Below, piece after piece: positions 39,014-47,333 of a stretch of 64,000 bases of DNA (positions within the stretch are counted from its first letter, which is position 1; every line of letters starts with the position of its first letter). Source of the stretch: Candidatus Latescibacterota bacterium (lineage in GTDB: Bacteria; Latescibacterota; UBA2968); contig OZ242195.1 in assembly GCA_965205975.1 (NCBI GenBank), positions 2,208,001 through 2,272,000 on the forward strand. Direction: 5' to 3'. The notes beneath the pieces are model-generated. The model saw only the letters and a program-made list of their open reading frames with translations. It ran no database searches and was not told the DNA's origin. The position numbers and the translations under genes were made by a program.

Positions 39014-40720
39014 ATGGCTATTACATCTATCACCATTGAAAATTTCAAAGGCATCGGCGATAAAGCCGTGACGATTCCCCTTCGCCCCATCACCTTATTA
39101 TTTGGCAAAAACAGCGCGGGCAAGTCAACAGTGTTGCAGGCAATGCGCTATTTACGTGAAATATACGAAAGTCTGAAAATTGAAGAACCATTGCCGGAAA
39201 TGCGTGATCGCGAAAAAAACGAAGATATGGAACTTGAGCCAAGGTTGCGTAAAATTTATAAACTACATGACCGGTTGAAAGCAGCGCACTTTTTATATTT
39301 AGACGACCCATCTAACTATAGTAAAATTTCAAGTTCTGTACAAAAAATTATATCAGAAGATATATCAAATATATCGCAGACTGATCCTCTAGACTTTGAA
39401 TCTCTACGTGGCGAAGCTCTAAAATTCCTACAAACAGTAGAAGATGATATAGATGATTGGGTAGATGATTGGATAGATGATTGGGTAGATAAAAAAGGAG
39501 TAAGTGATCTAGACCACCTTACTAAGTTGGGCGATTTTCATTCTCTGGTACATTGCCAGGATCTGAGTCGGAAAATTCGAATTCGTCTTGAATTTGACAT
39601 AAAATCCGAACAATTGGAAAATTTGAACGATATTTTGAATCTTGCGATGAAATCGATGAAGGGAACAAATCCGGAGTCCGCCTGGATAGAAATGATAACA
39701 GGTTGGGACAAAAAACATCAGAAAGTCTATCTTGATTCATATACGTATGCTTTGAACGGCGAAGAGTGGATTTGTCTCACGATGAACAGATCCAGGCAAG
39801 ATGAAGCGGAATGGAATCATGAAGGGCAGTTTATAAATTTAGACATATATTCAAAGAATTTCGGCTTGAGTGAATGGATGAAAGACCTCTCTTGGCTTCT
39901 CGGCACTAATAATAGTGAGGGTAAAAAATTCGGCCTGAATGAAAGTAAGGTAAAAAATATAAGGCCTTGGTTGAAGCAGTGTGTATTCGAAGATAGATCA
40001 AAGGGTATACTAAAAAATTTGCATAATATTGTACTCGGAGCATTGAAGGACATACGATATTTAGGGCCAGTGCGAGGTGTGCCACGTCGCACTGGCGACT
40101 CATCAGATGGGTCCGAAGATCCAAAGGGATTATGGGCCTGGCGTGATCTTAAACAAGATCCTCAATTGCTGAAAAAGACAAATCACTATATAAAAAAGTT
40201 AGCCCTTGGATACAGCATCAGGCAACCTAAAGATGACGATCATGAGGTTCAACTTTATGATGAAACTCATAAGATATACCTCCATCCCTTAGATGTTGGC
40301 TTTGGCATCTCTCAGGTCATTCCAGTTATGGTCGGTGTGTTAGATGACACGTCTCATATTTTTGCAGTTGAACAGCCAGAGCTTCACGTTCACCCTGCCC
40401 TTCAAGTCGCTTTGGGCGACTTATTCATTGACGGCATAAAAAACAGCAATCGCACCCTGCTTATTGAAACGCATTCTGAGCACTTGATGTTGCGATTGCT
40501 GCGGCGCGTGCGTGAAACAACCCGTCGTAGCAGACGCCGCCAGACCACCGACTTAGAACAGACAGCTCACGAATTGACACCTAATGACCTTTCTGTGGTC
40601 TATGTTCGGCCAACGCCAGCAGGCGTTAAATTCACGCCACTCACTGTAACGAATGACGGTGATTTTGATGCACCATGGCCAGAAGGCTTTTTCGAAGAAC
40701 GTGATTCGGAGTTGTTTTAA
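39014..40720 (+). CDS. ABC/AAA_21-type ATPase with DUF3696-like C-terminus, copy 2
   Basis: GKNSAGKS, DVGFGISQ, EQPELHVHP, ETHSEH, WPEGFFEER; internal 12-bp repeat x3 (39452-39487, DDW[V/I]). Confidence 0.88.
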   Translation: MAITSITIENFKGIGDKAVTIPLRPITLLFGKNSAGKSTVLQAMRYLREIYESLKIEEPLPEMRDREKNEDMELEPRLRKIYKLHDRLKAAHFLYLDDPSNYSKISSSVQKIISEDISNISQTDPLDFESLRGEALKFLQTVEDDIDDWVDDWIDDWVDKKGVSDLDHLTKLGDFHSLVHCQDLSRKIRIRLEFDIKSEQLENLNDILNLAMKSMKGTNPESAWIEMITGWDKKHQKVYLDSYTYALNGEEWICLTMNRSRQDEAEWNHEGQFINLDIYSKNFGLSEWMKDLSWLLGTNNSEGKKFGLNESKVKNIRPWLKQCVFEDRSKGILKNLHNIVLGALKDIRYLGPVRGVPRRTGDSSDGSEDPKGLWAWRDLKQDPQLLKKTNHYIKKLALGYSIRQPKDDDHEVQLYDETHKIYLHPLDVGFGISQVIPVMVGVLDDTSHIFAVEQPELHVHPALQVALGDLFIDGIKNSNRTLLIETHSEHLMLRLLRRVRETTRRSRRRQTTDLEQTAHELTPNDLSVVYVRPTPAGVKFTPLTVTNDGDFDAPWPEGFFEERDSELF

Positions 40721-40722
40721 TT

Positions 40723-41706
40723 ATGCTGAATATTTTTGCTATTGATCCCAAAATATGTCAAAATTTGGAGTGGTTTCGATATTGCACGGAGCACTGTCAG
40801 CCGTCACAAGGACGTGCAATTGCAGATTTACCGTATGACCAATGGTATGAAAATGCGTTTGCGATCATTCAAGACCTTCAACTTCCTCCTATGGAAGAAA
40901 AAAGCCTGAAAAGGCGTCTGGATCTGGTGCGAGCACAACTGGTAAATCGTCCAAGAACTGATTGGACAGATTGGTATTATGATGATTTTTCAAAATTTCC
41001 CTGGATTGCCGAAGTAGAGAAGGAGCATCAGCGAGCGCGTTTTTCTGCCGTTGTCAGCCCTGATTACGAGGGGGCTGATGATACGGAACTCAAGTATCAT
41101 CCTGATGAACTCAATAGAACCGTAGAGGCCTAGAATACTCCCAGTGGCGTTTCAATTACGCGCAGCCCTGGAGACTTCGTAAATGCCATTCTGCCAATGC
41201 TTCGGATTGCTCGGAATATTCACTTTTTGGATCGATATTTTAACGTGGACAGTAACAGTTCATTTACCCAAAATTACACGCAGATGATCCAGGATTTAGC
41301 CTCATATTGTGATTCCTTTCCATCACTGACAATCCATTGCTGCCCAGACGAAAATGATACGCCTGATTCACGTTACTTTGAAAATGAACTGAATAAGCAC
41401 TACGCGTCCTTAATACCAACAGGAAAATCTGTAAAGGTTCTTTTGTGGCAAACAAATCAAGATGCCCAAATAGAAAGAGGTGCTCATCCCTTTCACAATC
41501 GCTATGTGCTATCTAATCATTGCGGTGTCATTGCGGGATATGGTACGGATAGTGCAAAAGCACCGACTGATGCACCAGATGTCCTTCAGATTGTTGACCA
41601 CAAAATATATTTAGAAATGTGGAATCAAATTCGGGATGAAACATTTCCTATGATCCACATTGAGGAGGAAAACAAGTTTGTGATTAACGGTACTAAAAGC
41701 GCGTGA
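40723..41706 (+). pseudogene. ATPase partner, copy 2, interrupted by an in-frame TAG at 41131-41133
   Basis: ORFs 40723-41133 and 41197-41706 share a frame and are separated by one stop; FAIDP, IHFLDRYF, FHNRYVLSN motifs match the other partners. Confidence 0.75.
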
Positions 41707-41770
41707 TTAACAGCGTATAATACGATACCGAAAAATTGAGACCTGTCATAAACGACGGGCTGCAATTGTT

Positions 41771-41845
41771 TTAGATATTCCAAAAATTTGTCAACCCCAA
41801 GCGTTTTAGACAAACCTGAACGCTTTTTTCACCTTGTGAGAAATC
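41771..41845 (+). repeat. conserved cassette leader, copy 3 (shorter)
   Basis: 75-nt homolog of the 3' part of leaders 1 and 2. Confidence 0.9.
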
Positions 41846-43072
41846 ATGGCTATTACATCTATAACTATTGAAAATTTCAAGTGCATCGGCGATGCCGTGA
41901 CCGTTCCCATACGCCCCATCACCTTGTTATTTGGCAAAAACAGTTCGGGCAAGTCAACTGTGTTGCAGGCACTCCTCTATCTACGCAAAATATGCAAAGC
42001 AGAACCAGAACCCTGGGAATTAGGTGGCAGAGGCGAGGGCTATGGCAGTGGTAGTGGCGAGCTTTTTGGCGGAGACTCTGATAGAGTTAGTAGCGATAGC
42101 AATAGAGAAATCGATCCAAACCACTTTAGAGGATCGGACGATTTTCGTTCTCTGGTGCATCGCCAGGAATTAGATCGGAAAATTCGAATTCGTCTTGAGT
42201 TTGGCATAAAATCAGAGGATGTGACGAAGTCGAAATCCGCATGGATAGAAATAATAACAGGATGTGACGGAGAACTACACATCAAACCTGATAAAACTGC
42301 GTTGCAGCAGTGTAGGCGCGAATTGCGAGACCTATTAGAGTTAGGACCAGTGCGAGATGTGCCAAAGCAGGCTCTTGGATCAACGTCTGATTTTGCTAAA
42401 GGTACCTGGACAACAGGGTTAGAGGCCTGGTATATACTTGCACAAGATCCCCAATTGCGAGAAAAGACAAACCACTATATGAAAAAGTTAGCACTTGGAT
42501 ACAGTTTCAGGTGTTCTGAAAACGGTGAACACGAAATTCAACTTTATGATGAAACCCATAAGATAGACGTTCATCCTTTACATGTTGGTTTTGGCATTTC
42601 GCAAGTCATTCCAGTCGTGGTAGGTGCATTAGAAAGTTCCCGTCGGCTTTTCGCAGTTGAACAGCCAGAGCTTCACGTTCACCCTGCCCTTCAAGTCGCT
42701 TTGGGCGACTTATTCATTGATGGAATAAAAAATAGCAATCGCACCATGCTCATTGAAACGCATTCTGAACACTTGTTGTTGCGATTGCTGCGACGTGTAC
42801 GTGAGACTAATGTTCGTAACTCGAAAAAATACGAATGGCGACAAAGTTCAATGTCCCCTCTACACCAAGAGATGTCAGAGGCCGCCATTCGTGACGCAGA
42901 AAATCAAGACTCAAAAGATCACCAATTGACGCCAGACGATCTGTCTGTGGTCTATGTTCGACCAACGCCAGCAGGAGTTAAATTCACTCCACTCGCTGTA
43001 ACGAATGACGGCGATTTTAATGCACCATGGCCAGAAGGCTTCTTCGACGAGCGAGTGGAGGAACTTTTATGA
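41846..43072 (+). CDS. ABC/AAA_21-type ATPase with DUF3696-like C-terminus, copy 3 (internally shortened)
   Basis: GKNSSGKS, HVGFGISQ, EQPELHVHP, ETHSEH, WPEGFFDER; 408 aa versus about 570 aa for copies 1 and 2. Confidence 0.85.
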   Translation: MAITSITIENFKCIGDAVTVPIRPITLLFGKNSSGKSTVLQALLYLRKICKAEPEPWELGGRGEGYGSGSGELFGGDSDRVSSDSNREIDPNHFRGSDDFRSLVHRQELDRKIRIRLEFGIKSEDVTKSKSAWIEIITGCDGELHIKPDKTALQQCRRELRDLLELGPVRDVPKQALGSTSDFAKGTWTTGLEAWYILAQDPQLREKTNHYMKKLALGYSFRCSENGEHEIQLYDETHKIDVHPLHVGFGISQVIPVVVGALESSRRLFAVEQPELHVHPALQVALGDLFIDGIKNSNRTMLIETHSEHLLLRLLRRVRETNVRNSKKYEWRQSSMSPLHQEMSEAAIRDAENQDSKDHQLTPDDLSVVYVRPTPAGVKFTPLAVTNDGDFNAPWPEGFFDERVEELL

Positions 43073-44001
43073 CAAAAGAACAGCGCGATAATAAAAAGCT
43101 GATTCATGATTATGCGTTAGAACCCGAACTGATCGCAAATTGCGATCAATTCTTATTTCGATACCTTACCCAATACAAAAAATTTGGCTGGGACACAGGC
43201 TGCATCGTAGTTCAATACCCCAATCACTGGCGAGAACTGGTTGAGAGACTATTCAATGATAACAAACGGTCCGAACTATTGCTGACGCGTTTGCTTAGAA
43301 CAAAGGCCGTACGCCATGACTCCACGTGGAACGATTTATTCCCTTGGATTGAAAACGCTGCAAACGAAAAAAGTCCCCATCCGTTTCATGTGATCTTGGC
43401 CCACAATAATCCTAACCCACAGAAATGGTCCAACATCGTATGCGCGGAAGATATTTCTCTCGGAGATGATAGAGCTTGGGACGATCCTCCTTCTTCAGCC
43501 ACAGTAAATCGGACTGCTACTTCAATGGCAGCTTGCATTGAGCCTCTGCTAAGATATGCAACGCAAATTCATTTCATTGATCCACATTTTTGCCCGTTGC
43601 AAGATAGATTCAAGAATCCTTTAAGTAAATTCCTAAAAATCATTTGTCACGATAGCCATGAGGTCTCACTCGAATATCACACCTTAGCTGACAACACATT
43701 GTGCTGGAAAGATTTTCAACAGAAATGCGAAGATGAGCTTCCTCATCTAATTCCTAAAGGTTTTACGCTCACTGTCCGCCGTTGGAAAAACAGGGTCGGA
43801 GGTGAGCGTTTTCATAATCGCTATATCCTCACTAACATCGGTGGTGTAGCTTTCGGTAATAGTATCGCCGAAGCTCCGAAAGGAGAGGATAATATCTCCC
43901 GCTTGAGTGAAATTGATTCTCAAAGATGGCTCAATAAGTACTCTGGTGACTCACCTGCATTTGATCTGGAGGGAGAAGTAAATATAAAAAGCACACTATG
44001 A
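43069..44001 (+). CDS. ATPase partner with PLD-like motifs (putative nuclease effector), copy 3
   Basis: ATGA coupling; YALEPE, IHFIDPHF, FHNRYILTN.GG..FG. Confidence 0.65.
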   Translation: MTKEQRDNKKLIHDYALEPELIANCDQFLFRYLTQYKKFGWDTGCIVVQYPNHWRELVERLFNDNKRSELLLTRLLRTKAVRHDSTWNDLFPWIENAANEKSPHPFHVILAHNNPNPQKWSNIVCAEDISLGDDRAWDDPPSSATVNRTATSMAACIEPLLRYATQIHFIDPHFCPLQDRFKNPLSKFLKIICHDSHEVSLEYHTLADNTLCWKDFQQKCEDELPHLIPKGFTLTVRRWKNRVGGERFHNRYILTNIGGVAFGNSIAEAPKGEDNISRLSEIDSQRWLNKYSGDSPAFDLEGEVNIKSTL

Positions 44002-44122
44002 AGAATCAGATAATTGGTGGAAAATAAGACAGAAGAGTGACTTGTCACAAACAACGGGTTGCAAGTATTCGAGGCAAGTCTCTTTTTTTATTAGTGGGAG
44101 GAATGGGCGGACTAACAACTAC

Positions 44123-44149
44123 GGGCGGGCACAGGAGCACCGCCCCTAC
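44123..44149 (-). repeat. GTAG-type REP-like element
   Basis: Reverse complement GTAGGGGCGGTGCTCCTGTGCCCGCCC. Confidence 0.6.
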
Positions 44150-44197
44150 AGCCTTGGAATGGCTGGATGGACTAATAACTGACTGCTGATCACTACT

Positions 44198-45703
44198 CTA
44201 ACCAAACGCCTCTTGCAAATACCCCAAATCGAGTTCGGGATAAACCGGGAATCGCTCGAGAAGATTGGCGATCCTCTGTTGGGCGTCTTCGAGCACACCA
44301 TCCTGAATCCTGTATTGGACCTTACTAAACTGTCCCGCACTTCTGCCCTTCGTGAACTTCAATGGCCGTGCATGGGTGAGCACATTGCCCATGACCGCGC
44401 CGATCTCTCGCATCTCTTCTGCCCCCATACCAAGCGTCGTAAGCGCCGGTGTCCCAACCCTGAGACCACTGGTGTACCATGGACCATTGGGATCAAAGGG
44501 AATCGTATTTTTATTCAGCGTAATCCCGGCATCGCGGAGCAAGGTTTCGGCCTGGCGACCCGTGAGATTAAAAGGCGTAACATCAATCTGCAGCAAATGA
44601 TTGTCAGTACCCCCAGTAAGAACTGTAAGCCCCGCATCCATACACGCCTGTGCGAGCACCCGGGCATTATCGACAATACTGGCGGCATAAGCACAAAATT
44701 CAGGCGTACTCGCCTCCTCAAACGCGACAGCTTTGGCCGCCATCACATGAGGCAGTGGACCACCGAGCACCATCGGGCAGCCTTTATCGACCTGTTCGGC
44801 AAATTCTTCCGTACACAAAACCATACCCCCTCTGGGACCGCGCAGGGTTTTGTGTGTGGTCGTCGTAACGACATGGGCATGGGCAACCGGATCAAAATCG
44901 CCCGCGAAAACTTTGCCAGCAACCAGCCCGGCAAAATGCGCCATATCGACCATAAAAACAGCCCCCACTTCATCGGCGATTTCCCGGAAAATGCGGAAAT
45001 TAATTTTGCGCGGATATGCACTATAACCCGCTAAAAGAATCAAAGGTTTGATCTCTCTGGCCTGGTCGCGGACTTCATCGTAGTCGATCAGGCCAGTTTC
45101 TTTATTCACCGTGTATGCATGTGCCTCAAACATGCGCCCAGACACATTGATGCGATAGCCGTGCGTGAGATGCCCCCCGGATGAAAGATCCAGCCCCAGG
45201 AGCTTTTGATTGCCCAATTGCGTGCGAAGCACGCCCCATGCTTCATCCGAAAGATCAAACGGCGATTTTTTCCCCATTTCTTCGAGTGCGACATCTTGAA
45301 CGCGCCCCGAAAGAATCGCCCAAAAAGCGACCATATTGGCATCTGCGCCCGAATGGGGTTGAACATAAGCGTGATCCGCACCAAAGAGATCGCACGCCAG
45401 TTTTGCAGCCTGACTTTCGATCGCATCTACATTATCACAACCCGCGTAAAAGCGGTGATCGGGAATCCCCTCGGCGTATTTGTCAGTCAGCAAATTGCCC
45501 ATAGCCAGTTGCGTGGGCAAAGAACAATAATTCTCGCTCGCAATCATTTTGAGATTGGAACGCTGGTCGGCCAACTCGCGTACAATATTTTTTGCCACAT
45601 CGGGCGATACGGAGGCGACCTGTTCCAGCGAGGCCAAATAGGCGACAAATCCGGGATTTGGGGTGGAATTTTGAGACAGATAGTTGGCAAGGGTGCTGGA
45701 CAT
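44198..45703 (-). CDS. glyA: serine hydroxymethyltransferase (long form)
   Basis: [62 protein letters not shown]. Confidence 0.96.
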   Translation of the reverse strand: MSSTLANYLSQNSTPNPGFVAYLASLEQVASVSPDVAKNIVRELADQRSNLKMIASENYCSLPTQLAMGNLLTDKYAEGIPDHRFYAGCDNVDAIESQAAKLACDLFGADHAYVQPHSGADANMVAFWAILSGRVQDVALEEMGKKSPFDLSDEAWGVLRTQLGNQKLLGLDLSSGGHLTHGYRINVSGRMFEAHAYTVNKETGLIDYDEVRDQAREIKPLILLAGYSAYPRKINFRIFREIADEVGAVFMVDMAHFAGLVAGKVFAGDFDPVAHAHVVTTTTHKTLRGPRGGMVLCTEEFAEQVDKGCPMVLGGPLPHVMAAKAVAFEEASTPEFCAYAASIVDNARVLAQACMDAGLTVLTGGTDNHLLQIDVTPFNLTGRQAETLLRDAGITLNKNTIPFDPNGPWYTSGLRVGTPALTTLGMGAEEMREIGAVMGNVLTHARPLKFTKGRSAGQFSKVQYRIQDGVLEDAQQRIANLLERFPVYPELDLGYLQEAFG

Positions 45704-45764
45704 GGATGTTCTCCTCGTATTTGGCCCGATACAAAAATAGCCCGGGCTGTGTGTGGATTTTCAT

Positions 45765-45848
45765 AAGCCCAGGCGATCGGCTATCGGATGAAGAGCGCTG
45801 CGCTTCCCCGTGGTCGATTCCACGTTCATTCGCCAGTCACGCAGACCC
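45765..45848 (-). promoter_or_regulatory. ZMP/ZTP (pfl) riboswitch
   Basis: Minus strand reads TGCGTGACTGGCGAA-CGTGG..CCACG-GGGAAGCGCA...GCCGATCGCCTGGGC, matching the pfl motif; lies upstream of glyA, a typical target. Confidence 0.88.
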
Positions 45849-45895
45849 TTGTCAAAAATCAATATACAGAATTGCAGACCAAAGTCAACGGTTTG

Positions 45896-47323
45896 TTAGG
45901 ACGTAAAAAAACGCCAGCCCCACAAAATAAGGGGATAGCCCGCAACAAAAATAACACGCGCAATAACACCCTCTATTGACGTATCGTGAAGATATGGGGA
46001 TAACACCAAAAAAACGACTGCCCCCGCAATACATATTTTCCCCAAACGCCCGTACTCGTAGGGAACCGGATAAAACCGACGCACGATGAGATAAAGCAAA
46101 ACTGTCATCAAAACATGCGCGACAAGCGTACTATAAGCAGCGGCAATAAATCCGAGTTTGGGTAAAAGGAAAATATTAATAGCGATATTCACACACGCAC
46201 CCATCCCCACAATAAACGGCAGAGATCCTGCCCGACCTTCGGCATATACACCCGCGGTGAGAATGATATAAAGACCGTGAAAGAAAAATGCCAGCCCCAC
46301 CAGCGGGACAACCCGTATGCCTTCGAGATAAGTCTGTGCATTGTCGCCAGTGATCAGAACGATTATTTCGCGTGCAAAAGTGGCTAATATCAGACAGCCA
46401 AAAATACCGAACAACGTGAAATACGTGGTGACACGCGCACACATCTGCCGCGTATCTTCCTCTGTATTTTCATCCTCGGTTTCGTCGAGCACGGCAGGTG
46501 CCCAGGCAGAGCGAAACGCTTTAACCACAAAATAGATGGGCAAACCGAGTTTATAGGTAATGCCGTAAATACCCAGATCGTCGAGGTCCAAAAAAAAGCG
46601 GATTAGAAAGCGGTCAGACAGGCTAATGATGAGAAAAGAAAAGGCCGAGGGTACAAAAGGCAGGCCAAAATGCAGAAGTTCGCGCAACGCGCGCATATCA
46701 AAAGTTGGACGAATTAAGCGCAGTCCAACGGGAAACATGACAATAAGTGCAAAGAGAGAACTGATGAAATTGGCTTCAAAAACCGCGACAGGCCCGCGTC
46801 CAAGACCGGCGATGAAATACGCGGTGAGACCGAGTTGTAGCGTGTGTTGAATCACCCGCACAATCGCATAGTGAAAGGATCGCTGTCGAGCGCGACAAAG
46901 CGTGAAAAGGGGTTCTGACAGCGCGTCCAAAAGGACAACGGCGGCAATAAGTTCGAAGATCGCACTGTAATCCGAACTGCCCAAAAGATGATGCGCGAGA
47001 CTCTCCGCATTGATCCAGACCAGACTCGACAGAATAACACCTGTGGCGAATAGTGCCCAAAATGCGGAGCTAAATGCGGCGCGATATTTGCCGAGATCGG
47101 CCTTGCCAGATAAGAGGCGGACCAGCGCGGGATTGAGACCGAGAGAATAAAAAACCGCGCTAAATCCAATAAATGCAAATGCCAGGGACAAAATGCCATT
47201 ATCAGCAGGTGTGAGATGCCTGGCATAGATGGGTACGAGCAAAATGGACACAGCGCGACCGAGCAGATCGCCCATGCCATAGACTGCCGTGTGTTGTGCG
47301 AGGGATTTAATTCGAGAGAACAT
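45896..47323 (-). CDS. oligosaccharide flippase (Wzx-like, MOP superfamily)
   Basis: Many TM segments, L.PIYARHL...D.G, LL.FGLP, DRFLI...LGIY, LLPKLG..AAA. Confidence 0.85.
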   Translation of the reverse strand: MFSRIKSLAQHTAVYGMGDLLGRAVSILLVPIYARHLTPADNGILSLAFAFIGFSAVFYSLGLNPALVRLLSGKADLGKYRAAFSSAFWALFATGVILSSLVWINAESLAHHLLGSSDYSAIFELIAAVVLLDALSEPLFTLCRARQRSFHYAIVRVIQHTLQLGLTAYFIAGLGRGPVAVFEANFISSLFALIVMFPVGLRLIRPTFDMRALRELLHFGLPFVPSAFSFLIISLSDRFLIRFFLDLDDLGIYGITYKLGLPIYFVVKAFRSAWAPAVLDETEDENTEEDTRQMCARVTTYFTLFGIFGCLILATFAREIIVLITGDNAQTYLEGIRVVPLVGLAFFFHGLYIILTAGVYAEGRAGSLPFIVGMGACVNIAINIFLLPKLGFIAAAYSTLVAHVLMTVLLYLIVRRFYPVPYEYGRLGKICIAGAVVFLVLSPYLHDTSIEGVIARVIFVAGYPLILWGWRFFTS

Positions 47324-47333
47324 AATTCACCGC

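Noticed and set aside
35927..41813. Similar short minus-strand ORFs (MSETLEVDKF, MSKTLGVDKF)
   Set aside because: They are the reverse complement of the leader; copy 2 has an early TAG and similarity ends with the repeat.
36043..41845. Leader repeats as a CRISPR array or integron attC sites
   Set aside because: About 2.9 kb apart and continuous with the ATPase 5' ends; no spacer pattern, cas genes, integrase or evident attC core sites.
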